The notes: generated by a model not told the origin, from the sequence alone. 64,000 nt of DNA from Octopus sinensis (GCF_006345805.1 NC_043015.1:10044001-10108000), one strand, 5' to 3'. Positions 26,201 to 39,452 are shown, numbered from the stretch's first letter. Made by a program: numbers and translations.

Positions 26201-26421
26201 TGTCAGCATTTACTCACATGATTTGACGTGTAATATATGTGTAGTATTTATTTCAAACCATAGACTATTTAGCCTGCACAGCAAATAGGTCTTTCATGGC
26301 ATTAAATAGAAAATATGTATGTAATGCTCATACATATATTCATGATATTTATCTATCACGTTGTTGCTGAATTCATAGACGACACTAAGTCGCTTAACTT
26401 GATATATATATATATATATAC

Positions 26422-26465
<44 letters not shown>

Positions 26466-26578
26466 GTATATATGTATGTATGTATATATATATATATGTG
26501 TGTATAAAGATATATGTATATATGCATACAGGAAGAGAGAGCGCGTGTTACATATGTGCACATACGTTTGTGTGTATA

Positions 26579-26651
<73 letters not shown>

Positions 26652-27509
26652 TATGAATGCGCATATGAATGTGCGTCCATATGTAGCACATCTCTTACCC
26701 TCTCTCTCTCTCATTTGTATAGATATGTGTGTGTATATTTACCTGTGCTTCTATACATAGAATATATCAAACACTGATACGTTTGCTCATTTCCTTATTT
26801 GCATTGAATAAAAATCGATTATGCAGATTATTTTTGTAGTGAAACTTCCTAAATGAGAGTCCACAAATTTTAACTGAATATAAAGTGGAATGTTTATTGA
26901 TTCCTCTATTAAATGTCTGGCGTTTTAAGTCTGAAGTTGAGTAAAATTTCCTATTTATTTTATACAATTTTTATTCCCTTTTTATATCTTTAGCGACATA
27001 TATTTTTCTAATTTTTAAGGCGACTAAAGTACTTAAACGTTTAAGTTTTTATACTGGATTGTTTTATTTTCATTATGTTTTTATTTTCCAAACCAGTTTT
27101 CCAATTACCCAATTTATTTACAATGCATAAATACTGAAGAGAATATCCACAGTAAGAAACAGTAAATTTAGATTTTAGTATTTGTTGAAAAACAAACATT
27201 ATACCGATAGACCTTATTTTATTTTTTTAATCTCCAGCCTTTCAGACGCGTTACTGCTGGGTCACCACCTCAAATTATATACCGCATTACGTAAGCGCGC
27301 ACCTTTTTATTGAGATATAGACAAAAGTATATCGGAAAAATAGTTTAAAAGAACTTAAGTTATCAATGCCACTAATATACAGTTGCGTTTGATTTAGAAT
27401 TACCATTTTTGTATAATACTCCACAGATGCATAATGCTTATCAATTGTATATTTCGGTTATATTTAAACTCATGATATATAGGAGATTATTATTGCTTTC
27501 TTCTAATAT

Positions 27510-27790
27510 CATAAGTCTTCTTTGGCAACTGATTTAGAACTGCCATTCTCTGGTTCACATTCCTCTTTGTGTTTATTGTGATTTTGAACAGACGGGAACA
27601 GACTGCCGGCATCAGTTGTTAGTTGTCGGAGGTTTGCATCCTTCAACACTTCCATGCTTCCTAAGATTTGCCAACACAACATCTGATTCCCCGCCTCCAT
27701 ACACACGAAAGCATGTATCTCACTCATACACTGTTCGATTTCCAGACATTCTTACATTACTGCATGTACTTTATATGCACTTTTGACAAG
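27510..27790 (-). mobile_element. Highly decayed RTE-type LINE 3' remnant
   Basis: Minus frames echo the RTE C-terminus (HV.RM...C...IH...GR.RK.W.EVLKD.LRQL); heavily degenerate. Confidence 0.4.
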
Positions 27791-27823
27791 TTGTGGTGCA
27801 CCTGAGCACGGTATACAATTATT

Positions 27824-27943
<120 letters not shown>

Positions 27944-30022
27944 TATTATTTGTGCTTTTGTTGGTTTCTCATCAGCGTTACCTTACATAGGACACACGAA
28001 TATTTAAACCTGCACAGAATTAAGATAATATACATTCACGTACGCATATGCAAGTATATACATATATGTGTGTATGTGACTGTGCACGTTTTGGCATAAA
28101 TCTAGGAATTAGAACGGTAAGAGCTAGCGTATAGAAGACCACCGTCGGTCATGAATGACAATGAGATGCACCTAGAAAATCCCCCTCCAATGTACAAGTG
28201 CAGGCATAGAAGCCTCCCTTCTCCTCACCACAGCCGCCAAAAGTATTTCCTTTGTCGCATTTTTCAATTGTCTCTGTTCCTCATCAATCTTCTGAGCAAG
28301 TCAGTGCACTGATCTAGCTGAAACGCAAGCGAGCCGACTTTGATAGCGAATGATGCCTGGTGTTGTTACTGATATCTGGGGTTTTTTTTCAGCTAGAATG
28401 AAATATTGAGTCTATCCTAAGAGGGATTTGCAAGTTCCACCTTCATGATTGTTGTTACACTTTAGGCAAGCAGGGACATATCTGGTTGGAGTGAGTTTAT
28501 CACAACCTCTGCCTTTGAAGCCCCATTGTGTCTCCCCTTGAATAGAGTATAATAACAACAATTGATAAAACAAGCTAATCGGCATTATCTTCATGGCTTG
28601 ATTTTATAACCGAATCCGGCAACAATTCTACACATTCAAAGTTGTAATCATCATTGGCTGATATTAATAGTTTCACACATCTTTTGTCCCTTTGTAAACG
28701 TTGATAATGAGCTTAACCGAAAATTATCCATAACGGCAAACAGCATCAAACAACATGTTTTCAGTTCTAATCCTCTTTTTTACACTATCATCCTCCTCTT
28801 GTGAACTTCTACACAATCCATTTATAGATTATTCATATGTATGGCTTTTTAGTCATGTGCTAGTCTATCTGTAAATCTGCCTGTATAATTTTTTGCTTTT
28901 TTCTGCTATCTCCTGGTTGAAATACCTCCATCCATTTCCCGGGATCTAGTGTTTATGAACATTTAATAATGGTGACAATCAAATTTGCTGACAAAATGAC
29001 AAAAGGCACACAACTTGTAAGATTCATCCACACCTATATCATCGAAAGAATATATGTTTATATATGGGATACCAAAAGCAAACAGGTAAGTTTCATTTAA
29101 TGATAGGAGTCTGCGATAAAAGAGAAAATGAGACATGATTTCCTTCCTCTGAAGAACGTCACGATTAAGTATCAATATGCAAACACCACCTAGCAAAAGG
29201 AAAATACGAATGCATATAGGAAATGATTATGAAAGAACATTCATACCAGATTGTTCGTCACTCTTATAGAAAATATTAATCACGTTCGATAGAGTCAAAC
29301 AAATCTAACGTCTAATTTTCCTGCGTAAAACACCGATATGAATGCTTCAGATAACAACATACTTCCAAACAATATTTTCTATGCCCGCCATTCTTATTCG
29401 ATAAAGATAGAATTTTGCAAGTCCTGGAGTTAAGAATAGAAGCAAATACGTTCTAGAGACATATGACAGGGCAATAAACTTTGTATCAGATAGCTCTAAT
29501 ACAGGGCAATATCATTTAAACTGCAGGCAGGTTAACCCTCCACATAGACCAAATTTAGGTAGCTATGAATTAGTAACCATTCACTGGTTCTTCATAAAAA
29601 GTAGGCTTTTGACTGATATAGAAATCCAGCATATTCAAATATATGATAAGATAGAATGAGAATGATAATAATGATACTAAATATCGCACCATTTTCTTTG
29701 TGAAACCTGGTTCACGAGATACCCAAAATGATATATTGTAAGACATACTCACTGATATTGAAGAAAATGAGATTGATTCCATTGCAAACGGTAACACATG
29801 CACTAAATTTGTCAAAATCTAGTTTGAGTGGTTGACTGTTGAACACACACACACACACAAAAATGAGATTGCATTGATCTCCCGAACATTTGTAAATCAA
29901 AACAAAACGGTAGAATAATATTTAAGGTGCATGCAGTTATAAAATCAATTTTGAATGAAAATAAAATTTCTTTCCTCATTGAATAATCTTCTGTATGGTA
30001 AAGCTTCAATGAATACCGCATT

Positions 30023-30832
30023 GAAGGCGTGAACTGGCAGAAAGGTTAGCAAGCCGGACGAAATGCTTAGTGGTATTTCGTCTGCCGCTACGTTCTAAGT
30101 TCAAATTCCGCCGAGGTCGACTTTGCTTTTCATCCTTTCGGGGTCGATTAAGTAAGTACCAGTTACGTACTGGTGTCGATATAATCGACTTTTTCCGTTT
30201 GTCTCTCCTTCTTTATCCCCTCTGTGTGTAGCCCTCGTAGGCAGTAAAAAAATAAGAAATATTAGCATACTGGGCGAAATGTTAAACAGTATTTCGCCTA
30301 CCATTACGTTCTGAGTTCAAATTCCGCTGAGATCGACGTTGCCTTTCATCCTTTCGAGGCCGATAAATTAAGTACCAGTTGCGTACTGGAGTCGATCTAA
30401 TCGACTGTTCACCTTCCTCCAAATTTGAGGTTTTGTACCTATAATAGAAAGGAACGTTAGCACGCTGGGCGAAATGCTTTGCGGTATTTCGTCAGCTGTT
30501 ACGTTCTGAGTTCAAATTCCGCCGAGGTCGACTTTGCTTTTCATCCTTTCGGGGTCGATGAAATAAGTACCAGTTACGCACTGGGGTCGATATAATCGAC
30601 GTCATCCGTTTGTCTGTCCTTGTTTGTCTCCTCTGTGTTTAGTCCCTTCTGGGTAGTAAAGAAATAGGTATTTCGTGTCTTTACGTTCTGAGTTCAAATT
30701 CTCCCGATGTCTTCTTTGCCTTTTATCCTTTCAGGGTGGATAAATTAAATACCAGTTGCCCAGTGGGGTCGATCTAATCGATTGGCCTGCTCCCCCAAAA
30801 TTTCGGGCCTTTTGCCTAGAGTAGAAAAGAAT
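30023..30832 (+). mobile_element. tRNA-derived SINE, family 2, tetrameric array (A-B-A-B)
   Basis: Four head-to-tail units, each with GTTCAAATTC (B-box) and TTTCATCCTTTC.GGG...GAT...AAGTACCAGTT-like cores. The 3' ends alternate between TCCGTTTGTCT...AGTAAA.AAATA (A) and CCAAA(A)TTT..GG..TT.TG..CCTA.A.TAGAAA.GAA (B). Confidence 0.9.
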
Positions 30833-32279
30833 AAATACCGCATTGAAAGTAAATACTAACCACAGAAAGAGACAGACAGATTTTGAAAATAAAATAAATG
30901 TATTCAGGCCAAATAAAGAATGAATTAAGGGCATCGAGGCCAAAGAAATTGCTAAGTTGCCAAGTTTAAGAAGCCGAATAGGAAATATTGCATACAAAGT
31001 ATATGTGAAATCGATGAAGTTGCGAAAGATCCAAGCGATTGATTCTAAGCAATGCAACATGAATAAAGAGGCTCTGGAAATAACAAACTTCCTCAAGGGT
31101 AAACGTATATTCCTGAACAATTCTAAATCCCCTCTAGAAGTATTTCATCTAATATAACAGTTAACCACAACCACTGACGAAAAGTAAAAATTTTATGGTA
31201 ATCAATCTGGTCAAAATCCATATTCGTGATGTTCCCTGGACGTATCAGTATGCCAGAGACTCTGAACTTTTAACATCAAATACGGAAATATATCTCTGTT
31301 GAACAAATCAATGCTGCGCTGTGAAATTTTGCAAATGCGAATTACCTGGAAAAAATAAAATCCTTAACATCTGACCGAACGCTTTGTATGAATCCCTTGG
31401 GAAAATGTCTAATCTGTAAACAATATTACGCATAAATCCGGGAATATTCTGAAATGCTTTATAAGTGGAGTAAAATATATACTCCCTCAAGCTTGATGGA
31501 AGTAACAACCAAGAAATCTATGGAACAATAACATAACTTACAACCATAATTAAAATATTAATATCCATCATTAGTGAATAAACTAATACACCGATCGAAA
31601 ACGAAAAAGGCTGTAAACGTGGTTCGAAGTTGATTATACCCAGTAACGGATCTTAGAATTCATAAGATAAATGTATGAATTGAATCTTATAATTAAGATA
31701 AACACATAAAGTGCTCTATTTATGGCCAGTACCTTTATATGCACTAAATTTTATAATTACACGGTAGGGCTTCAAATCTATAACGATTTTATAAGCGTTG
31801 AATTTTCTCACATCTCCCAATCTTTAATAGAGTTTGGAATGAGAGTATGGTCTTAATCGTATTAATGATAACTTTAATTATAACAAATTACTGCATTATC
31901 ACAATCATTACGATAAGGGAATGCGATACGAGTATGGGTATTTCTGCAGATGAAGCACTTACAACATCATAGCGGTAATTACATAACTGAAGTGCATAAA
32001 CTTTCTTATCATTCGGATGCCTATCCTAATGATAATACTTGCATACTTGTAACTGGATATTGCGATACAAAATAAGGTAAGATAATTCGTCTACTCGGCT
32101 AACTAATATGTTGCTCATTGATAATTTCACTGCGGTAACCACACTATTTCTGCATTAATAAATCTTGTGCTTTTCTATTGAATCCATATTCATTCATACT
32201 GGAGCGAATAACCTAACGAATAATTTGATAATGAAAATGTATGTTTCTTAGGTTAAAATATAAAGATCGACCTCATTCA

Positions 32280-32510
32280 ATTGACATCCAAACACTCTGA
32301 AATGTTTGTATTGGCGCTTCCGATACGAATGCTAAGCAGAAGAGCATGTCGTTTCCAAATTTGTTACAGAGTGAATTGATTGCGTCATGTTGTTGTTTTA
32401 CAGCCAGAAGTTGCCACATGAGCCTACTATACACTGTAGTCTACAAACTCAAAATTACACAATGAGAAATTAAAATTATAAAATGGCGTCAATTTACCCA
32501 TCGCAAATTG
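32280..32510 (-). mobile_element. Terminal fragment of a maT-type Tc1/mariner element
   Basis: Homologous to 38850-39054 (AGCATGTCGTTT.CAAATTT...GAGT.AATTG); ends ...CATCGCAAATTG followed by TA. Confidence 0.65.
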
Positions 32511-32819
32511 TATATTCAGTTGCTGAAGATTGTAAAGCTGCAATATATTTACTTAATACATAACAACAAAACTTCCACTTAGTAATGGCGGAAGTAAATT
32601 GATATAACATGGTTTAAGAAATATTACTATCTTCAATTTTTCATAAATATACTGAAATACTCTACTTAGATTCTCGAAGCAATAGTCTCGATTGGATCAA
32701 TTTACACATTAATAGTTTTCAAATTGATTTAAAGTGTCTCACGTAACTACTCACGCACACACATTCTACACAGCTATTCATATAGGCATCAGTAAAGTTA
32801 AGTTATACAAATTATACAG

Positions 32820-32865
32820 CTAAATATGGGGAACCGCCAGAAGAAGAAGTCTCAGAAGAATACAT
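32820..32865 (+). CDS. Candidate 46-nt coding micro-exon, (A)KYGEPPEEEVSEEY(I/M); host gene unknown
   Basis: TACAG| acceptor and |GTGAGT donor; open in phase 1 to 2; GAA-rich and more GC-rich than its flanks. No homology recognised. Confidence 0.3.
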
Positions 32866-33197
32866 GTGAGTATATAAAATATTTTCTTACCAATCTTTCC
32901 GAAGTTGGTAACTACATTGTTCCATTACTAATGATTACGTTTCAGTTGTCTATATTTCGACACATATTTACTTTATTTACTTTAAAATGGTGCAGTAGAA
33001 GTTGAGTAATATACTTTTGGATTAGAGACTGGCTATAACATTCGTACATACATATGTACATACATGATATAAATGCTCCACATATACGTGTATACACATA
33101 CATATATATGTACAATTACACACATACATTTAGGTATATACATAGTTACATAAATATATATGTATCTGTATGTATCTATCTATCCATCTCTCTCTCT

Positions 33198-33250
<53 letters not shown>

Positions 33251-33285
33251 ATTATATCTATATTTATTTATATTGACATGTATGC

Positions 33286-33328
<43 letters not shown>

Positions 33329-33329
33329 A

Positions 33330-33580
33330 TATTATATTAAATTAGAGACAAAACCACTATTAGGCAAATCAAACAATGAAAAACTTAAGCCAATACATAT
33401 GATTAATTTATATTATTTAAATATGTAACAAAATTATTAAAAAATATAATTAATATTAATTATATTTTTTTAATAATTTTGTTACATATTTAAATAATAT
33501 AAATTAATCATATGTATTGGCTTAAGTTTTTCATTGTTTGATTTGCCTAATAGTGGTTTTGTCTCTAATTTAATATAATA
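33330..33580. repeat. Spacer-less ~250-bp AT-rich palindrome
   Basis: The arms are reverse complements about the centre AATTAAT|ATTAATT (33454/33455); the only difference I see is one extra T in a homopolymer. Confidence 0.93.
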
Positions 33581-33709
33581 TAATATTTTACTATAAAATT
33601 GGATTCAATCCTAAATCTGATTTTTCCCAGTAAGTTTGGATTTATTCCCTAATATTTATTATTATATATATATATACATTATATACATCGATATGTACAT
33701 GCATATATA

Positions 33710-34709
33710 TATGACAGTGCAGAGAATTCGGAAAGAGTTGGATGAGTATAATGTGATTACGAACGTACAGCACCTGGGAAATCACACTCAGATCGTTTTG
33801 ATAAGAAACAAAATCCTGAATTTCTTGGTGAGATGCAAGTCATGATTGACAACGATCCCTCCAAGTCAATCAGGTACATCGCCAGGTACATGGAACTGCC
33901 TGGGCTTCTTATCAGGCAGGTAGTATAACGGGACAATAATTTATTTCAAGCCATGAAGGACATGACAAGACCGCGCTACGAAACTTTTGAACACACTCAA
34001 TCATCCCCTCGAAAGGAAAATGCTTTTGTCTCAGACGAGAAAATTTCTACCATGAACGGTTGGTTAACACACAGAACAACCGTTAGCTTCCCGTGTCCCC
34101 AAGACATATACCGCGACTGAGAAAAAAACAAGCATCCAATCAACATCATGGTTTTTGGACTGATGACCAGTGATGGCGACGTCAGGCCTCCATTTATCTT
34201 CCCAAACGCATGAGACTCAACAGGGAGGCCTACATCAAGTGCCTGGAGAAGGTAGTGGTGCTATGGGTCAAAAAGGTGGCTGCTGGGAGACTCTGTGTCT
34301 AGCAACAAGACACTGCATCATGCAACACAAGCAGCAGAACCTATCGTGGCTGTCAAACAATCACCCTTAAAACCTGGTCACATATCTCCTCGGATTGTAA
34401 CCACCTTGATTATCATGCGTGGTGAGAGACCAACAAATCTCTTTATATCACTAACGGTGAACTGAAAGCAAAGATTATGGCAGTATTCACCAACTTAAAC
34501 ATGAAGACTGTGCAGAAGAGTCGTAGGCGATTGCAAAGTCATACGGAGGAGGTAGTTGATGCCTACGGCAATTTTATTGAATGAATTTAATCTGTAGTAT
34601 TTCAAAATATTCTTATGTAATTTTGGTAAAATATTTGTTAAAATCAGATGTCAGTATTACTTTTACTTTTGCGTAATGGAGACGACAATTTATTCACCAC
34701 TGCACACGG
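33710..34709 (+). mobile_element. Decayed maT-type (DD37D-like) Tc1/mariner transposon, 5'-truncated, with 3' TIR
   Basis: Frames read MIDNDPSKSIRYIAR / FVSDEK / KHPINIMVFGLMTSDGDVRPPFIF / EAYIKCLEKVV.LWVKKVAAGR..QQD / SDCNHLDY. It ends GACGACAATTTATTCACCACTGCACACGG-TA, matching the TIR at 38248. Confidence 0.8.
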
Positions 34710-34718
34710 TATACATAC

Positions 34719-34756
<38 letters not shown>

Positions 34757-34815
34757 TATATATACACACACATACACATACACGCACACATACAAACACA
34801 CACATACACACGCAT

Positions 34816-34856
<41 letters not shown>

Positions 34857-35372
34857 CACGCACATACATACACATAGAAATACATACACACACATATTTA
34901 GATTCTAGTGATAGTTTAGTATGTTGAGATATGCTCAAACGTTTTCTGCAGACGCAATCCAGATACCGCAACGAACTAAAAGAAAATGTATAATAGAAGA
35001 AACGCGAAAAGCTGGGAGCGGAAGCCTATCGTATGTTTCAATATATAAAACTATTAGGAGTGCTTAAATACAAGTATTGTGCCCGTTAAATAAATAGTAG
35101 TTATATCTCACCGGATGGAGCACCGTTTTTGTTGAATTTTCTATCACGAAATATTATATGTATGTTTGTATGCATGTATGTATGTATATATAAATGCTTA
35201 CATATATCTGTGTATATTTGTACATACATACACACAAAGTGAAACACACGTACACGTACACACAAATACACACACGCACACACACACATGTATATATATA
35301 TGCATACAAATATGTATGTGTGTGTGTGTAAATGGTAAATGGCAGACGGAATATGGAATGCATGTGAAATTA

Positions 35373-35592
35373 TTATTCTTTTCTGCTCTGGGCACAGGCC
35401 CGAAATTTTGGGGGACAGGGCCAGTTGATTAGATCGACCTCACTAGGCAACTGGTACTTAACGTATCGACATCGAAAGGGATGAAAGGCAAAGCCGACCT
35501 CGGCGGAATTTGAACTTAGAACGTAAAGACAGACGAAATGCTGCTAAGCATTTCGCCCGGCGTGCTAACGTTCCTGCCAGCTCGCTGCCTTC
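35373..35592 (-). mobile_element. tRNA-derived SINE, family 2, monomer (B-type end)
   Basis: Reverse complement GAAGGCAGCGAGCTGGCAGGAACGTTAGCACGCCGGGCGAAATGCTTAGC...AAGTTCAAATTCCGCCGAGGTCG...CCCCAAAATTTCGGGCCTGTGCC. Confidence 0.88.
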
Positions 35593-37455
35593 GAAAATTT
35601 ATTATTAATCACGAGACTTCTTTCGACATGTCTAGCATCGATCTCTCAGGGATGGGGCACTTAACACCTTGTGCAGGAGCATCCGGCTGTACAGATGTAT
35701 CTCATCGGGTAATAAATAGGCACACCTCGATAAAATAGCAGTTCCGCAAAGTATCTTCTCATTTCGAAGATTTAAGAGCAACAAAACAAAGGAAATATCT
35801 TCAGCGACTTTCAGAAATTCCATTAATCATCTTCTCATTGATCGACAAAATAAGCAGGAATTCCTTGGAGCAGAGACGGTATATCCTCGAAATTAATTTT
35901 TACTCAATGTTCTCCTCCTTCACTCGCTATGTATAATCGGCAACATATGTTGAATGTCTCTTATTGATTCTTTTAAATCTGGTGACATGGTTACAATAAA
36001 TATTTTTAAATGAATCATCAGTTTGCGCAATGTAAAATTTACGGCATTTCCCTTGTGTCAAAGTAGAATTCTACGCATGTGTGTAACATGTGACGAAAGT
36101 GATACATTTGAAGTAAATCAAAATATTGCCCGAAAATGATTTCAAAAGTATGCGACCCAACCTAGTTACGAGGTTATTTTAATTGTAAAAGTTTGTTGTT
36201 GAGTCAAAAACACAGTTTTTTGGGTTGAGAGATAATAAGCAGCTTTCCTTATTTTAATACACATATGACTAATTCGGAGAAGCATTATATTCATTATTCA
36301 CACTTCGTCACTGTCGTAATTTTGGTTGGAAAACATGCTTTTTGTAGCATAGTTATGCTATAAAAAGTCACCAATTTATCAAAAGTTAGTATGCGTCAGC
36401 AATGCAAAATAGTACAGAAAGGGAACATTTATTTGGGACATATACTAAATATTATAGAATTCATGATTGAATGAATGTCATCGTGAAGAAAGTGAATATC
36501 CATGAGAATTCGGAAGGCTTAATTCAATTTTTTTATGCAAAAATGATTTCTCTTACAATATTGAAACGAACGCTGAACGAAGTGTATACACAAGAATTCG
36601 CTGTTGTTGTGAGCGTTAATTTAAGCGACATTTGCCGAAGGATGTATTTAGTAAGATATAAACTGATTTCACATTACTCTATATTTTTGAACTGTGTAAC
36701 GTAGAATAAATATTGAGTAAATGTTGTGTGACGTTGATATACACAGTGATGAAGAATACAAGGACTGTAAAAAAGAAACATTATCTTGAAACTGGTTAGT
36801 TAGAAGGAATGGAATAATATTTCTGTAATTATATTGAAAGAGGCGCTAAGGCTTTCTACTTCCCCCAGATATATTTGTGAGTATTGAAAGTGCTGCTGGT
36901 AGTGCCTGGAAGTATTGGTAGTACTTGAAAGAGAACGTTGCCTGTTTGAATTCCAGGCTGCAAGTAAACTTTCAATATCGGCGCGTTTCACTGTTGGTGG
37001 GGGGAGTTATATATATATATATAAATTAAGAGACACACAGCTACATTAACGCACACCTGAAGCCTATCTCTGTTCCTCTGTGTGTGTGTTCTTGTCTTTA
37101 GATGTGTGTTGGTGTGTGGATCAGTCGTCATAAAAATGTATGTGTAGTGACAGACACACACCATTCACACATATACTTGTCAATCATCAGCCTAACGTAA
37201 GTAACTAACGTGCAAACTCATATAGAAAATATGAGGTCATCGTCGTTGTAGTGGTGATATAAAATTTCGTTTAAAATAGGTGACTAAAACAAAAATGAAA
37301 ATGTTGCGTTTTGCAATGCAAATATGTGAATAAAAATATAGTTTAGTTGGTCGCCAAAAGCTTACTGACTCTTTTGATACCTCTTGCGTGAAGATCGGCA
37401 ATTTGGTTTTGGAATGCATATGGAACATACTCGAGCGTGCACACACATACAAACA

Positions 37456-37510
<55 letters not shown>

Positions 37511-38247
37511 TATACCTCTCCGAACAATACAATATTTCTGTAAAAGTTCGTAACCACTTTCTAGTAAGATTTTATTTGAATGTAACTGGCATCATTTTAA
37601 TTAGTCGCCAGTATTTTAGTCATTCTTGCACACGATTCCTTCTATGTAGAATACCATATATAGTCAGATCTTAGGTCTAATTTGGGTGCATTTGTACTAG
37701 TGTAGACATATAATGGGCTCCTTATATTCGGTTGGAGAAAGCATACTCCTGTTGAGTAAATCGATTAGTGAATTCATTTACAGAGATTGATTTGTGCTAC
37801 GAAATATTATTCTGATAATAAGATGAATTAAATGTAGTATAATACAAATATATATCCCCATGATTTTAGATCAAGAATGGCCAAATGAAAACTGACATTT
37901 GTGAAATTGAAAGCAAGATATGTCACCATTAATTATAAAATTTCATTCAACGTTATTTCTCTGCAAGATCAACAATTTCTATAATTAGGTTTGTAATGAA
38001 GATAATGCATAGAATAGGGTCTCGTTTTTAGCTGCCTATAATTATATTAATTTTTGTAGGCAATACGCCACCCAAAGAGATGCAAACACAAGTGCACTTC
38101 AAAGTAAGACTGACTGAAATTTATTTGATAAAATATCAAGCCATATTCTGTCCCATCGTTTGTGACACTTCCTATTGCAAGGGATATAATTCCAAACGTT
38201 GGGTAAGTCATTCAACATGGTGCACATAGTTTCCTTATTTCAATTTA

Positions 38248-39054
38248 CAGGGTGCAGTGAAGAAATTGTCGTGTAAATTACGCAAAAATGAAAATACCAC
38301 TGACGCCTCATTTTAACAGATATATTTACCAAAATTACATAAAACAATTTGAAATACCCCAGAGTATATTTATGCATTAAAATCACCATTGCCTTCAACC
38401 AAGGCCCTTTAGAATCTTCCGCATCTCCTCTGGACAGTGTCCTTGTTTTAGTTGCAGCTTTGGTGTTACAAGGAGTTTCGCTGATCCGTCGCTCATCTGC
38501 ACTCGTACATAATAATCAAGGCGATGTAGTCTGGGGAGTTACGTGGCCAGATTTTAGGGGTAACGTTGTCGCAGAAATATTTTAAAAGCTATGACTGGAT
38601 TCTCTTGCCTATGTAGCATGGTGCAGAGTATTGTTGCCAGATATATGGTCTTCTAGCAGCCACTGTCTTGACCCACGGCAGCACTATCTCCTCCCGGAAC
38701 TTTATGTAGGCCTCCGTGTTGAGTCTGAGGACATGTGAGAAGAGAAACGGAGGCATCACCAGTGATCACTCCAAACACCATGATGTTGGCTAAATGTTTT
38801 ATAATTATCACTCTCGCTACGTGTCCTCAAATTGCACTGCCTTGAGATTGACAACAAAACACTTTGAAATTTCAGCTTCCGTCTTCAATGCGAAGCACAA
38901 CAGCATGTCGTTTACAAATTTCTGGCTGAGTTAATTGCGTCACGGTACTGTTTTTCTCACAGACGGTGCCCAACTGCCTGTATTATATTGTGTGGTCGAC
39001 AAAATGAAAAATAACAATGCGTATGCGCGAAATTAGTTTACTCATCGCTCCCTG
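38248..39054 (-). mobile_element. Internally deleted maT-type element with both TIRs and TA flanks (807 bp)
   Basis: TA|CAGGGTGCAGTGAAGAAATT...AGTTTACTCATCGCTCCCTG|TA. The internal minus frames read NIMVFGVITGD / LNTEAYIK...VLPWVKTVAARRPYIWQQ.SAPC / KIWPRNSPDY..LDY and are homologous to 34130-34600. Confidence 0.82.
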
Positions 39055-39080
<26 letters not shown>

Positions 39081-39087
<7 letters not shown>

Positions 39088-39393
39088 ATCACGTGATCAC
39101 GTGACCGACCAGACCATCAGATGTTGCTACACATCACTGGTCACAATGCGTTCGCATTGTTTTAGCCTTCGAACGACGCCACCCCACTGTCTAAGTGAGT
39201 AGACCAACAGAAGAAAGTGGGAGAAAGAGTGGTGAAAGAGTACAGCAGGGATCACCACCCCCTGCCGGAGCCTCGTGGAGCTTTTTAGGTGTTTTCGCTC
39301 AATAAACACTCACAACACCCGGTCTGGGAATCGAAACCGACATCCTACGACAGCGAGTCCGCTGCCCTAACGACTAGGCCATTGCACCACCAC
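39081..39393 (-). mobile_element. tRNA-derived SINE, family 3, full length with a (TCACGTGA)3 tail
   Basis: Head GTGCAATGGCCTAGTCGTTAGGGCAGCGGACTCG...GGTTTCGATTCCCAGACCGGG; highly similar to 49771-50008. Confidence 0.88.
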
Positions 39394-39394
39394 G

Positions 39395-39452
<58 letters not shown>

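Noticed and set aside
30023-30832. Regularly repeated units that could be mistaken for a CRISPR array
   Set aside because: The units are ~200-bp SINE modules without unique spacers, there are no cas genes, and the context is eukaryotic.
30731-31120. 129-aa hydrophobic minus-strand ORF
   Set aside because: It runs into the SINE array and is the in-register antisense of the K/E-rich plus frame; no independent support.
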